Source: Gammaproteobacteria bacterium
Lineage (GTDB): Bacteria; Pseudomonadota; Gammaproteobacteria; UBA6186; Azoamicaceae
NCBI GenBank assembly: GCA_044225595.1
Contig: JBGAIG010000008.1
Coordinates: forward strand, 3,639 to 67,638
DNA length: 64,000 nucleotides
Direction: 5' to 3'
Part shown: in pieces, positions 1 to 10,478 of the stretch
Position numbering within the stretch: position 1 is the stretch's first letter
How the letters are laid out: every line of letters begins with the position of its first letter
Notes under the pieces: model-generated
Told to the model about the DNA's origin: nothing
Databases searched by the model: none
What the model saw: the letters and a program-made list of their open reading frames with translations, nothing else
Made by a program: the position numbers and the translations under genes

Positions 1-110
1 CCCGCGTTAATGGCATGGCGGTTACGATATTCTGGCATTAAAAAATTTGAACGGGGTGGCTACCAAATGTTTGGTGGGAAACCCGTCTTGATCGCCATTA
101 TACTTTTCTT

Positions 111-950
111 TTGTTATATTGCTTATGTGGAGATTGTAAACTGTCTCATTTGTCGGTCATAGTTGCTTGGCAAACACCTGCTTGTCAACCAAAAGCAGCA
201 GCACTCGCTGCAGCACTTCATTTACCGCTGGCGAAATCAGCAGGTTGTCATGCTTCAACGGCCGATGAGCCGATCTTCCTCCAGGTAACCGAAAATCGTG
301 TCGAATTAGTTTATAAAACGTTCTACAAAAATAACCCATCTTGTCATACACTCTTTGCAGAATTTTTAAGGGGTCCGCTTGGATATCGTTGGTTAAAAGG
401 GGGTGGTAAAAACCAGGCTATCGCAAAAGCCGTTGGCTTGAAAGCGGGTGTACCATGCCTCACAGTTTTAGATGCAACAGCAGGCTTAGGGCGAGACGCA
501 TTTATTTTAGCTGCTTTAGGATGCAAGGTAGAACTCGTCGAACGTTCCGGGCTGATGGCAACATTATTAACGGATGGATTGTTGCGTGCCAGCCAAGATC
601 CCAAAGGTGCAGCCGTAGCGCGGTCTATGGTGGTTGTCGAGGGAGACGCAAAAAAAATTTTAGCTGCGCTAACACCCGAAAATAGGCCAGATGTGGTGTA
701 TTTAGATCCGATGTTCCCTCATCAGGACAAAAGCGCCTTGACCAAAATCGAAATGCGCATCATACGTAGTATAGTGGGAGACGATACGGATGCGGCGTTA
801 TTGTTACCTTTGGCTCTGACTCAGGCACGAAAGCGGGTCGTTGTGAAGCGGCAACGACAAGCGCCTTTGTTAGCGGGCGGCTCTCCCAGCTTTGTTGTCA
901 AAGGCAAAAGTAACCGATATGATGTTTACCTAGTAGGAGAGCATACCTAA
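111..950 (+). CDS. rsmJ: 16S rRNA (guanine1516-N2)-methyltransferase RsmJ
   Basis: SAM-binding block 'LDATAGLGRDAFILAALGC' plus 'VVYLDPMFPH..KSALTKIEMR' and 'RVVVKR' align along the whole length with E. coli RsmJ/YhiQ as I recall it. The true start is probably the in-frame TTG at 150 rather than 111. Confidence 0.85.
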   Translation: MLYCLCGDCKLSHLSVIVAWQTPACQPKAAALAAALHLPLAKSAGCHASTADEPIFLQVTENRVELVYKTFYKNNPSCHTLFAEFLRGPLGYRWLKGGGKNQAIAKAVGLKAGVPCLTVLDATAGLGRDAFILAALGCKVELVERSGLMATLLTDGLLRASQDPKGAAVARSMVVVEGDAKKILAALTPENRPDVVYLDPMFPHQDKSALTKIEMRIIRSIVGDDTDAALLLPLALTQARKRVVVKRQRQAPLLAGGSPSFVVKGKSNRYDVYLVGEHT

Positions 951-957
951 TTTTACA

Positions 958-2340
958 ATGATACATTTTCGCGGTCAGCTTACTCGTTATTCTGAGGGCA
1001 GTGTTCAAGAACTCTGGGCTATTTCGTATCCCCTTATCTTGTCGATATTTTCCGTTAACATGATGGTTTTTTTCGATCGTCTTATTTTGGCGCGATACAA
1101 TACGGGCGCCATGAATGCAGCTGTATTGGCTTGGTTAATATTTAGCATTTTTCAGGTAGGTGCTATGGGTATTGCCTCGATTGCGGAAGTGTTCGTGGGT
1201 CAATACAATGGCGCAAAAAAACTGAACAAAATGGGAGAACCAGTGTGGCAGATGATTTGGTTCTCGCTGATGACGGGATTTATTTTTATGCCATTGGGTC
1301 TTTTTGCAGGTCCAGTCTTTATTCCTAATCCAGAGTATGCCGCAGAAGGTGTGCCATTTTTTAAAATCTTAATGTTATTTGGGCCTATTTTTCCTATGTC
1401 GGCTGCTTTATCGGCTTTTTTTATTGGTCGCGGACGTGTAAAGCTTGTTATGTTTGCGACGGTACTGAGTAATATTTTAAATATCCTATTAGATTTGCTG
1501 TTGATTTTTGGTATAGATAATTGTTTACCTGCATTGGGTACTAAGGGGGCTGCCATTGCAACAGGTTTTGCCCAAACCGTTCAAACGGTTCTATTAATGG
1601 GTGTTTTTTTGCGATATCGGCATCGAGAAGCGTATGGCACACATCAATGGCGATTTAAACCAAAATTATTTTTACGTGTATTGCATGTTGGGATTCCGAA
1701 TGCATTAGCAAATGTGATGGATGCAATAGCCTGGGGTGTTTTAATTCAAATTTTAGCTTTTGTGAGCGTTGATCATGTGACAGCGTTTACGATTGGCGAT
1801 AGTTTTTCTGTATTATTCGTTGTTGGATTTTTGGGTTTACAAAAAGGTATTACAACGGTTGCGGCTAATTATATTGGCGCAAATCGTGAAGAAGTATTGT
1901 CTCGCATCTTGCGTTCTAGTATTAAAATAATTTTGATGATTATGTTATTTTTAATGATTCCTTTTTTCTTTTTTAGTGAAAAGTTAGCCAACCTTTTTTT
2001 GAATCCAGACTCCCTTTTAATATTAAATGAAGTCTTAAAAACACAAGTGGCAATAGCCTTGCGGTGGCTATGGGTATATTTTATGTTCGATGCGGTTTCA
2101 TCGATGATCGGCGGTATCTTAACAGCCGCAGGCGATACAAAATTTGTGATGTGGATGAGCAGCGTAAGCCCTTGGGTTTTTTCAGTCATTCCAACAGCGA
2201 TTTGCGTTATCTATTTTGATGCCTCACCCATGATGACATGGATATTATGGGCAACCTATGGTTTTTTAAATGCCGTTTGTTTTTTTGTACGATATAAAAA
2301 TAAACGGTGGAATGCCATGCAATCTTTGCATGCTTTATAA
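958..2340 (+). CDS. MATE family efflux transporter
   Basis: 460-aa polytopic membrane ORF. The N-terminal 'LWAISYPLILSIFSVNMMVFFDRLILARY' block and the 2x6 TM layout are typical of NorM/DinF-type MATE exporters. Family-level call only. Confidence 0.8.
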   Translation: MIHFRGQLTRYSEGSVQELWAISYPLILSIFSVNMMVFFDRLILARYNTGAMNAAVLAWLIFSIFQVGAMGIASIAEVFVGQYNGAKKLNKMGEPVWQMIWFSLMTGFIFMPLGLFAGPVFIPNPEYAAEGVPFFKILMLFGPIFPMSAALSAFFIGRGRVKLVMFATVLSNILNILLDLLLIFGIDNCLPALGTKGAAIATGFAQTVQTVLLMGVFLRYRHREAYGTHQWRFKPKLFLRVLHVGIPNALANVMDAIAWGVLIQILAFVSVDHVTAFTIGDSFSVLFVVGFLGLQKGITTVAANYIGANREEVLSRILRSSIKIILMIMLFLMIPFFFFSEKLANLFLNPDSLLILNEVLKTQVAIALRWLWVYFMFDAVSSMIGGILTAAGDTKFVMWMSSVSPWVFSVIPTAICVIYFDASPMMTWILWATYGFLNAVCFFVRYKNKRWNAMQSLHAL

Positions 2341-2364
2341 TCGATCAAGATAAGGATAGACGTA

Positions 2365-3582
2365 TTGAATGTTTATTTAGTGGGCGGTGCCGTTCGTGAT
2401 AAATTGTTGGGTTTACCACAACGCGAACGAGACTGGGTTATTGTCGGTGGTACTCCTGATGCTTTATTAGCGCAAGGCTATAAGCCTGTTGGCAAAGATT
2501 TTCCGGTTTTTTTACATCCTAAAACCCAAGAAGAATATGCATTAGCACGTACAGAGCGTAAAACCGGCAAAGGTTATTATGGATTTGAGTGTTATGCGCG
2601 CCCGGATGTCACATTAGAAGCAGATCTATCGCGCCGGGATTTAACGATTAATGCAATGGCTGCAACGGAAGAAGGCAGCATTATCGATCCTTTTCAGGGC
2701 CAGCAAGATCTGAAAAATAAAATTTTGCGGCACGTATCACCTGCTTTTGTGGAAGATCCTGTACGTATTTTACGGGTGGCGCGTTTTGCAGCTCGGTTTG
2801 CGCCATTAGGATTTACGGTGGCACCAGAAACGCTTGACTTAATGCGTACAATGGTCAAAGCAAATGAGGTTGATGCCTTGGTTCCAGAGCGCGTTTGGCA
2901 AGAAATGCATCGCGCCTTAGGGGAAATGGATCCGACACAATTTTTTTTAGTCTTACATGCGTGTGGTGCATTGCAGCGGATTTGGCCCGCGCTAGATAAG
3001 TTGTGGGGCATTCCGCAGCCGGCACAGCATCATCCCGAGATTGATACAGGCATACACGTTATGATGGCATTAAACATTGCGGCTAAATCCTCTCAAGACA
3101 GATTAACCCGTTTCGCAACACTTTGTCATGATTTAGGGAAGGGTGAAAGTCCGCAAGAAAGCTGGCCCAGTCATCGCGGTCATGAAGAACGAGGCGTGCC
3201 CTTAATCCAAGATTTTTGTAAGCAATATCGTGTACCAAAAGAGTATTGCGATTTAGCGAAATTGGTGAGTCGTTTTCACCTACATTGTCATCGCGTATTT
3301 GAATTAAAAGCAAGCACGCTTTTAAAAACCTTGGAGCGATTAGATGCGTTTAGACAACCTGCACGCTTTGAAAAATTTTTGCAAGCCTGTGAAGCGGATG
3401 CCAAGGGTCGTTTAGGGCATGAAACTACACCCTATCCGCAATCAGACAGAATGCGCGAGGCACTGCATGTGGCAAAAACCGTGTTGATTAAGCCGTTGGT
3501 GGATGCGGGCTTAGAAGGTGGGGCATTAGGTGTGCGTTTGCATCAACAACGTGTAAAAGCGATAGAGAAAGCTTTTCATTAA
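2365..3582 (+). CDS. cca: multifunctional CCA-adding tRNA nucleotidyltransferase
   Basis: N-terminus 'MNVYLVGGAVRDKLLGLP..RDWVIVG' (pol-beta head) and a C-terminal HD-type block 'LCHDLGKG', collinear with E. coli Cca. TTG start. Confidence 0.9.
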   Translation: MNVYLVGGAVRDKLLGLPQRERDWVIVGGTPDALLAQGYKPVGKDFPVFLHPKTQEEYALARTERKTGKGYYGFECYARPDVTLEADLSRRDLTINAMAATEEGSIIDPFQGQQDLKNKILRHVSPAFVEDPVRILRVARFAARFAPLGFTVAPETLDLMRTMVKANEVDALVPERVWQEMHRALGEMDPTQFFLVLHACGALQRIWPALDKLWGIPQPAQHHPEIDTGIHVMMALNIAAKSSQDRLTRFATLCHDLGKGESPQESWPSHRGHEERGVPLIQDFCKQYRVPKEYCDLAKLVSRFHLHCHRVFELKASTLLKTLERLDAFRQPARFEKFLQACEADAKGRLGHETTPYPQSDRMREALHVAKTVLIKPLVDAGLEGGALGVRLHQQRVKAIEKAFH

Positions 3583-4733
3583 AGCATATATCGTCGATCG
3601 TTTTGCTGAAAACCCATCAGGGAGTGCTCAAAATTTTTGCCTAGTGCAATTACTTTAAATAATTCGCCCATTTCTGCAGGGGAAGTGAGTGTTTGGATGG
3701 CATGATTGCGTATCAAGATTTCTTTTTCGTTTGCAGTTGTGTAGTGTTCTGCAAATGTCATGAGTCCATTATTGAATAAAAAAGCAGCTTGTGCGGTATA
3801 CCCTAAAACATCCAGTTCGACTTCGCTGGCCGCTTCTGCAATGGCTGTAAAATCTACATGTGCAGTGATATCTTGTAAGCCTGGATATAAAAAAGGATCC
3901 TGATGTGCGTAGTGTCTATAATGGCACATTAAAGTACCCATAGATCGCTCAGGATGGTAATATTCTTGTTTCGGAAAGCCATAATCAATGATCAATATAA
4001 CGCCAGACCTTAAAATATCCGCAAGACGCATAATCCAGGGCTTTAAATGCAAATTAATTTCCGAGATATATTCAGCTGGCCATGATTGAGAATGATAGTG
4101 CTTTAAAAGCTCTGGATGGTTTGTTTTTGATATTTGGCTTTGTAGTTTGCCGTTATTTTCAGTGACTTCAACTTCATACAGATTGCCTTGCTGTATTTGA
4201 AATTGATAAACAGGCATGGCATCTAATACTTCATTAGCGAGTATAATTCCTTGAAAATTAAAATCAGTCAGCGTATGCAGCCAGACAACACAATCAAAAA
4301 AATCTGGACAAAACGTTGCTATTTTTTCTTGTTGACGTTTTTTTAGGTCTGCACTTAATTCTAAAATATAATAATGATTTGGCAGTGTATTAGTTTTACT
4401 TAGCATTAATAGGATATCGACTGCCATTTGTCCGCTGCCTGCACCAATTTCTAAAATATCGCCACCGTGCAAATTTATTAAGATCTCTTGACATTGATGC
4501 GCTAAGCAGTGTGAAAAGAGCGGGGTGAGTTCAGGTGCAGTAACAAAATCGCCTGACGTGCCGAATTTTTGCATGTCGCTGCTGTAGTATCCAAGTCCAG
4601 GCGTATACAACGCAAGATCCATATATTTTGCAAAGGTAATTTTACCATGATGACGCTTAATTTCAGAAAAAATATGGGCTAGCAGTTCTTTGCTTTGCTG
4701 TAAAGCATTCAAACTGGGAACGGGCATTTGCAT
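3579..4733 (-). CDS. class I SAM-dependent methyltransferase, MidA/NDUFAF7 (DUF185) family
   Basis: 'GDFVTAPELTPLF' and the SAM-binding 'DILEIGAGSGQMAVDIL' blocks are characteristic of MidA-like proteins. Confidence 0.75.
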   Translation of the reverse strand: MQMPVPSLNALQQSKELLAHIFSEIKRHHGKITFAKYMDLALYTPGLGYYSSDMQKFGTSGDFVTAPELTPLFSHCLAHQCQEILINLHGGDILEIGAGSGQMAVDILLMLSKTNTLPNHYYILELSADLKKRQQEKIATFCPDFFDCVVWLHTLTDFNFQGIILANEVLDAMPVYQFQIQQGNLYEVEVTENNGKLQSQISKTNHPELLKHYHSQSWPAEYISEINLHLKPWIMRLADILRSGVILIIDYGFPKQEYYHPERSMGTLMCHYRHYAHQDPFLYPGLQDITAHVDFTAIAEAASEVELDVLGYTAQAAFLFNNGLMTFAEHYTTANEKEILIRNHAIQTLTSPAEMGELFKVIALGKNFEHSLMGFQQNDRRYML

Positions 4734-4780
4734 GAAAGATCCTATGTTAAATATATTTCTCTCATGATATCATTTTCGTT

Positions 4781-5359
4781 ATGTTAATGCTGGTAATATT
4801 TTGTTTATTGGCTTATGCGATGGGTTCGCTTTCGAGCGCTGTCATTGTATGTCGTTTGGCAGGATTAGCTGATCCGCGTAGTTTAGGCTCTAAAAATCCA
4901 GGCACAACGAATGTCTTACGCATTGGTGGAAAAAAAGCAGCTATTGCGACACTGATGGGCGATGTTCTTAAGGGTGTAATCCCTGTACTGATTGCCATAC
5001 ACACAAATCCAATGGTTTGGTTTGTAGGGGCTGTCATGCTCGCAACATTTTTAGGCCATCTGTACCCCATTTTTTTTGATTTTAAAGGGGGTAAAGGTGT
5101 TGCAACAGCAGTCGGTACGTTGTTTGCGCTTTCTCTACCTTTGGGATTGATGGCGGTATTAACGTGGGGTATTGTGGTTTACTGTTCTCGACTTTCTTCT
5201 TTGGGTGCATTGGCAGCTGCATTATTAGCACCGTTTTATACGGCTTGGTTGTTAAATGTGGAATATGCCATCCCCGTGTTGATCATGAGTCTATTTTTAT
5301 TTTGGCGTCATCGTGCAAATATCGAACGGCTGTTAAAGAGAACAGAACCAAAAATTTAA
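4781..5359 (+). CDS. plsY: glycerol-3-phosphate acyltransferase PlsY
   Basis: 'GSKNPGTTNVLR' and 'FKGGKGVATAVG' PlsY signature blocks in a small multi-TM protein. Confidence 0.9.
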   Translation: MLMLVIFCLLAYAMGSLSSAVIVCRLAGLADPRSLGSKNPGTTNVLRIGGKKAAIATLMGDVLKGVIPVLIAIHTNPMVWFVGAVMLATFLGHLYPIFFDFKGGKGVATAVGTLFALSLPLGLMAVLTWGIVVYCSRLSSLGALAAALLAPFYTAWLLNVEYAIPVLIMSLFLFWRHRANIERLLKRTEPKI

Positions 5360-5366
5360 GATGATG

Positions 5367-6152
5367 TCAGTATTGTTTTAAAAATTCTGTCATTTGTTTT
5401 TGGTCGTCTCGGATCTTTGCAATTTTTGACCAAATCATTTCCGATGCTTTACGTTTGACAGTGCCTGATTTTGAAAAAGCCAGAAAATACGATTTATAAT
5501 TTAAACGTTTCTGTTGAATGATAAATTTATCTGCGAATTGCGGTTGTGTTTCAAAATGCCGTGCAACCTCTTCAATATCAACAACAGACCCGCTGCGTTC
5601 TTGTATTAATTGGTTGAAGTTATATAAGGAATTTTTTCCTTCCTGTACAGTTAATCCTTCCTTTTCCAGATCTTGAATGACAGAATAGTGGGTGGGCACA
5701 CGAACCGGTTCTGGTACCGTTTTAAAATTGCCATTAAAGTGGTAAGTATTTTTTTTGCCAGTTTTGTTAAGTGCTGGTGTGACTAGGACATAGCCGACTT
5801 GTGATACGCGCCATGGAGATTTTTTATCGACAGCAGCGCCTGCAGGATAGTTAAGATAAGCAGCACGGTCATCTCGATAAGAAGCGGTTGCTACAGCATC
5901 GACACGGCCTTGTTCCGCCTCTTTTAAACATTGTTTCCAAGAGGTGGCTTTAAATTGCGCTTCGTATCCTAAGCTATGCAGCGCAGCACGGATGATGTCA
6001 ATGTGCAGACCTGCGGGTTCTTCGTTTTTAAGATAGGTAAAAGGATACCAGAAGTTAGTATCTGTACAAATTCGTATTGTGTTGCTGGCAAGGGTTGGTG
6101 CTGCGGCGAGAAATAAGAAAAATGTCGGGAGTAGGCGTGTGATCATGTGCAT
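5367..6152 (-). CDS. periplasmic substrate-binding protein (SBP_bac_3-like)
   Basis: Start placed at ATG 6152, giving the signal peptide 'MHMITRLLPTFFLFLAAAPTLASN'. 'IRICTD..WYPFTY' and 'GRVDAVATAS' blocks are typical of family-3 solute-binding proteins. The tracked extension to 6248 runs through a GC-rich hairpin and is probably not translated. Confidence 0.7.
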   Translation of the reverse strand: MHMITRLLPTFFLFLAAAPTLASNTIRICTDTNFWYPFTYLKNEEPAGLHIDIIRAALHSLGYEAQFKATSWKQCLKEAEQGRVDAVATASYRDDRAAYLNYPAGAAVDKKSPWRVSQVGYVLVTPALNKTGKKNTYHFNGNFKTVPEPVRVPTHYSVIQDLEKEGLTVQEGKNSLYNFNQLIQERSGSVVDIEEVARHFETQPQFADKFIIQQKRLNYKSYFLAFSKSGTVKRKASEMIWSKIAKIRDDQKQMTEFLKQY

Positions 6153-6291
6153 AGAGTCCTCCGGTAACATCTGCTGCGCGCTTCGCTCGCTGCCTCCTTC
6201 AGAAGGGAGCAGCCTTAAAAGATAAATTGATAAATAAAGTGAGTTCATTTCAGTGTGGCACTAATTTCTTAATGTGTCCATCTATTGTTCT

Positions 6292-7443
6292 CTAAATGGA
6301 TAAGTCAAGCGTGAGCCAAGGTGGATTTGTAAAATAATCAATGGGGTTAGTGACTAAAATACCGTCTTTGTGAAAAGGGCGATCTAAATTCCCAACGATT
6401 TGTACTGTATATTTGGGTTTTAATTTTTCAGAATAATATTTTAAGCTAGTAGAAATAGTAGAATCAGAAGTTTTGACCTCAATCAACTCAAAGGGTCTAT
6501 TGTCAATCTGAGTGATAAAATCCACCTCTCGCCCCTCTTTGTCTCGTAAATAATGCAAACTTGCACGATACCCATGATAATCTTCTATGAAATGTAGTCG
6601 CTTTAATAGGTTGGCCGCAACAAGATTTTCTAATCGTGCACCATTATTTTCAATAACATCCCCATTATCATAAAAAAAGACTTTAGGTGGCTTCAGAATA
6701 GAGCGTGGCACATTATGTGTATAGGTATAAATAGGAAAGGCAATATACATTTTTTCTATCAATGATAACCAGTTTTTGGCTGTCTTAGGTGAGATTTGTA
6801 GATCCTCTGCTATGTTCGATAGCGTTATTATCCCGCCCACTCTTTCTTTTAATGCATCTACAAAAAGAGACAGCAATTGAATATCTCGAATAGACTCTAG
6901 ATCACGAACATCTTCCCTTAAAATTCTATCGAAACGCTCCCTTCTCCAGCGTCTAGCCTCTCGTTCATCGCCTAGAATAAAAGGCTCAGGAAAACCTCCT
7001 AAGTGTAATAAGCGATCATAACCTTCCATCGCTGACATGTGATCGGGGAGTTCATCTAGGGTTAATGGATGTAATCGCCAATAGTGGTAGCGCCCCATTA
7101 AGGAATCGCCTCCTCGTTTATAGGTGTCTAAACGCGCAGAACCTGTAACAAGATATTGTTGATGGGGGGGTTTAGTATCATAGATGCCTTTTATCCATCT
7201 TTTCCAATTGGGAAATTTATGTAGTTCATCAAAAATGATAAGTGAATTATCACTTAACCATTCTTTATGCCGAATGGCATGTCTATCTTCATCTTTATCC
7301 CAGGTAAGATAAGTATTTTTGGAAAATGGTTCACGGCATAAGGCCTTGCTTAAAGTTGTTTTTCCAACTTGTCTTGGGCCGCCGATGAACACCATTTTCT
7401 TAGTTAAATCGCTAAAAATAAAAGGCTCGCAATATCTCTGCAT
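6292..7443 (-). CDS. AAA-family ATPase with DUF4143-like C-terminal domain
   Basis: Walker A 'GGPRQVGKTT' and Walker B-like 'LIIFDELH'. The length and C-terminal region resemble the AAA_14/DUF4143 architecture. Start taken at ATG 7443. Confidence 0.75.
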   Translation of the reverse strand: MQRYCEPFIFSDLTKKMVFIGGPRQVGKTTLSKALCREPFSKNTYLTWDKDEDRHAIRHKEWLSDNSLIIFDELHKFPNWKRWIKGIYDTKPPHQQYLVTGSARLDTYKRGGDSLMGRYHYWRLHPLTLDELPDHMSAMEGYDRLLHLGGFPEPFILGDEREARRWRRERFDRILREDVRDLESIRDIQLLSLFVDALKERVGGIITLSNIAEDLQISPKTAKNWLSLIEKMYIAFPIYTYTHNVPRSILKPPKVFFYDNGDVIENNGARLENLVAANLLKRLHFIEDYHGYRASLHYLRDKEGREVDFITQIDNRPFELIEVKTSDSTISTSLKYYSEKLKPKYTVQIVGNLDRPFHKDGILVTNPIDYFTNPPWLTLDLSI

Positions 7444-7518
7444 GGCTGTTTTTCCCGTTATTACAAAATGGACGCGTCTATTTTGTATCTTAGTACTAAA
7501 TAGCCATATGAACAACAG

Positions 7519-7954
7519 TCAGAATTGATCAAAAAATATCATAGCTGTTTTTAAAGCAAATCGACCTTCTGCTTTATGTAAAATGACAATACCAATATTG
7601 CGATTAGATAAAAACCCTAAAAAATTACTAAAACCTTTTCGACAGATAGTACATTTTGTTTTTCTAAAAGTGCAACGAGAGATGCTGAAATCGGTTTTGA
7701 GATAGAACCTAATTGAAATACGGTATTGAGATCGACGGGTGTTTTTTCTCCTTTTTTTCGAACGCCGTACGCTTTCATAAAGACAAAACAGCGACCGCAC
7801 ACCCAATGGCTTTTTCTTGTTGTATCTAAGCTTGAATATGCTGATCGAGTTTTGTGAGAGCTGTAGACAAAGAATCAGCGTGCACAGAATAAAAACTAGC
7901 AACTAAAAATATAATGTATAGCCGTAAAGTAGTATGTATCGTTGTCGCGTTCAT
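7519..7954 (-). pseudogene. decayed serine beta-lactamase/esterase-like gene remnant
   Basis: On the minus strand, ATG 7954 opens a signal-peptide-like 'MNATTIHTTLRLYIIFLVASFYSVHA'. An in-frame TAG follows after 42 codons. A second frame carries the S-x-x-K active-site block 'TVFQLGSISKPISA'. A third frame carries a C-terminal-type block 'NIGIVILHK'. The total is only about 430 nt, so there are stops, frameshifts and a large internal deletion. Confidence 0.6.
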
Positions 7955-8181
7955 TTTATCAAATCATCCTTTGATTATAACGAATTTTTTATACATAAGC
8001 ATCTGTAATTGATGCAAGGTTGTTCGCCCCTCCATAGAGGGCCGGTATTCCCGAGCGATAGCGAGGAGATATCAGAGGGATTTTTGAGGAAACCATGTGG
8101 TAATATATTGATGCAATAAGTTTAACTGTGATATCTTTCGATTAAATAACAAATTTCATTTTTTAAATAACAGGCATATTT

Positions 8182-9363
8182 ATGTTTACATACACTCGTA
8201 ATAATACAAATGTAGGGGTTGAGAGACAACAAGAACAATCATTGGAAACAAAATCAGATACTTTTACTGTATTAGAACCGCGACAAGACTCTGTTTTAGA
8301 TCCGCATCGGTTTGAATCCGTGTGGACAGGCACACAAGAAGAAACGATTTTTGTTAAAACAAATATGGGGCTTGGTAGAGAAAAAGCTTTAATGATACAA
8401 GAAAATGTAGAAATTTTTGCAGCCTATATTCCTTCACGATACCAAAGAATCCTTCTGTATCACAGCCTCCTTCAGCATAACGCGGAATACGAAAAATTGA
8501 TAGTCTACAGCTGCGATCACATCAGCGCGGTTCTAAGAAATGAGGCGGGATCTGTCATAGGAGCCTATGGTCTGTGTTATAAAAGTACTTTAACAATCAT
8601 TGGTCTCGCAATAGGATTTGTAACAGAAAAAGATTTAAAATTAGTACCTGGGATATTGAAATGTATTCTTAATGAATTAGACCCTCGTATTAGAATTATT
8701 TATATGTCAGAATTATTGAAGGCTGAAGAATTAACAAAAATCCTGTCCGCATTAAAGTTTCATCTTGAGGAAACAGGCGATTGCAACAAAGTTAATGCGT
8801 ATGCAACAGTAAAAGATCTTAAAACAGCACTCCAACAATATGAATATTTGTCTTCAGATATTTTAGTGACAGTAAATAAATTAGAGCACTATAAACAACC
8901 TATCTCAGAACAAGAAGCTGCGGAAGCTTGCTTAAAGAGTAGAAGAGAGTTTGAAAAACAAGTGGAAGAATTCGAACTTAATTTTAAGAAGCTTCTTTCA
9001 GCAGGATCGTTGGAAGTGACGAATAGCTATGAAGAATTTGAATTACAGCCAATCAATGAGCAATTTATGTTTTTAGTTAAAAATGAAGACAAGCAAATCA
9101 CGGGTGGTATACTTCGTGAAATCGAAGGAACGCAATTGCATGGGAAAGCGCTTTGGCTTCATGAAAGTATGAGAGGAAAGAAATTATCAGAAAAATTGAT
9201 ATCTTTAGCAGCACAATATGCTAAGCAAAAAGGCTGCACTGATGAGGATCTTTTGACATGCTCATATAATGCACCTTGGTTGTTTCCTAAATTAGGATAC
9301 AACCAAGTTTCATTTCATCCCATGGGGCCACATGCAGTTTATTATTATAAAAAACGTTTATAA
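8182..9363 (+). CDS. hypothetical protein, possible GNAT-like C-terminal half
   Basis: Long uninterrupted ORF with an ATG start. The C-terminal 'LWLHESMRGKKLSEKLISLAAQYAKQKGC' resembles a GNAT acetyl-CoA-binding motif A variant. No confident family assignment. Confidence 0.5.
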   Translation: MFTYTRNNTNVGVERQQEQSLETKSDTFTVLEPRQDSVLDPHRFESVWTGTQEETIFVKTNMGLGREKALMIQENVEIFAAYIPSRYQRILLYHSLLQHNAEYEKLIVYSCDHISAVLRNEAGSVIGAYGLCYKSTLTIIGLAIGFVTEKDLKLVPGILKCILNELDPRIRIIYMSELLKAEELTKILSALKFHLEETGDCNKVNAYATVKDLKTALQQYEYLSSDILVTVNKLEHYKQPISEQEAAEACLKSRREFEKQVEEFELNFKKLLSAGSLEVTNSYEEFELQPINEQFMFLVKNEDKQITGGILREIEGTQLHGKALWLHESMRGKKLSEKLISLAAQYAKQKGCTDEDLLTCSYNAPWLFPKLGYNQVSFHPMGPHAVYYYKKRL

Positions 9364-9366
9364 AAA

Positions 9367-10383
9367 TCATTTTATATTATCCATGTCCCATCGTGGATAC
9401 GCCAAAATCTCAAGATTTTTATCTCCGCCCATTTTTAGGCGCTGATACCCTGCATAGGCAATCATCGCACCATTGTCCGTGCAGAATTCTAACCGCGGAT
9501 AAAAGACCTGTACGTTTTGTTTTTGCGTTAATCCTTGTAATTTGATTCTAAGTGCTTGATTAGCGCCAACGCCGCCGGCAATCACCAATCGGTTTAAGCC
9601 AGTTGTTTCTAAAGCACGTTTGCATTTTAAATAAAGCGTATCAACAACCGCATCTTGAAAACCCCAGGCGACATCAGCTTTATCTTGCGCTGTTTGATCA
9701 GTTGTTCGCAAGATATTCATCGTGAACGTTTTAAGCCCGCTAAAACTAAAATCTAATCCAGGTTTTTGGGTTAATGGTCTTGGAAATACAAAACGATTAG
9801 GCGTGCCTTGTTCGGCTAATTTTGCTAACGCAGGCCCGCCGGGATATGGTAAGCCCAAATGTTTTGCCACTTTATCAAAGGCTTCGCCAGCTGCATCATC
9901 TAGGGATTCTCCCAAAATTTTATATTGGCCAATGGCAAGCACTTCGACAAGCAGGGTATGCCCGCCTGAAACCAATAAAGCAAGAAAGGGAAAATCTGGC
10001 TTAGGCTCTTCAAGCATAGCGGCGAGCAAGTGGCCTTCCATATGATGCACACCAATTGTTGGAATGCCCCAAGCATAGCCTAAGGCCTTAGCAAAAGCAG
10101 CGCCGACCAGTAACGCGCCAATCAACCCTGGCCCTGCAGTATAAGCAATGCCGTTGATAGAATCCTGCCGCACATTTGCGACCTTAATAACGTGTTCTAG
10201 AAGCGGTAACAGTTTAGAGGCATGATCACGTGAAGCGAGTTCGGGTACAACCCCGCCGTATGGCATATGTGTTGTGGTTTGGCTGTGGCGAGCATGGGCC
10301 AATAAGCCTGCTTTTGAGTCAAAAATGGCGATTCCCGTATCATCACAGGAGGTTTCGATGCCTAATACTCTGAGTATGCTCAT
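9367..10383 (-). CDS. tsaD: tRNA N6-adenosine threonylcarbamoyltransferase TsaD
   Basis: '[14 protein letters not shown]', 'HHMEGH' and 'SGGHT' Kae1/Gcp signature blocks. It is divergent from rpsU, as in E. coli. Confidence 0.92.
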   Translation of the reverse strand: MSILRVLGIETSCDDTGIAIFDSKAGLLAHARHSQTTTHMPYGGVVPELASRDHASKLLPLLEHVIKVANVRQDSINGIAYTAGPGLIGALLVGAAFAKALGYAWGIPTIGVHHMEGHLLAAMLEEPKPDFPFLALLVSGGHTLLVEVLAIGQYKILGESLDDAAGEAFDKVAKHLGLPYPGGPALAKLAEQGTPNRFVFPRPLTQKPGLDFSFSGLKTFTMNILRTTDQTAQDKADVAWGFQDAVVDTLYLKCKRALETTGLNRLVIAGGVGANQALRIKLQGLTQKQNVQVFYPRLEFCTDNGAMIAYAGYQRLKMGGDKNLEILAYPRWDMDNIK

Positions 10384-10478
10384 AAAACCTTTCCAATCTT
10401 GTTCAAGTGGTCTAGAATAACATACTAATTGTGGATGGTTTTAATTTTAAGCAACTAACTTTAGGGGTGTGATATTCG

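Noticed and set aside
6170-6215. GC-rich hairpin (gctgcctccttc/gaagggagcagc), and a second GC-rich patch at 8020-8090, as a possible REP-like repeat family
   Set aside because: The two patches do not align convincingly with each other. With only one clear hairpin, a repeat family cannot be supported from this window.
7519-7902. 127-aa minus-strand ORF as a real gene
   Set aside because: The translation is Arg/Lys/Cys-rich nonsense except for its last ~30 aa. It overlaps, in another frame, the S-x-x-K block of the same decayed hydrolase gene, so it is better called a pseudogene.
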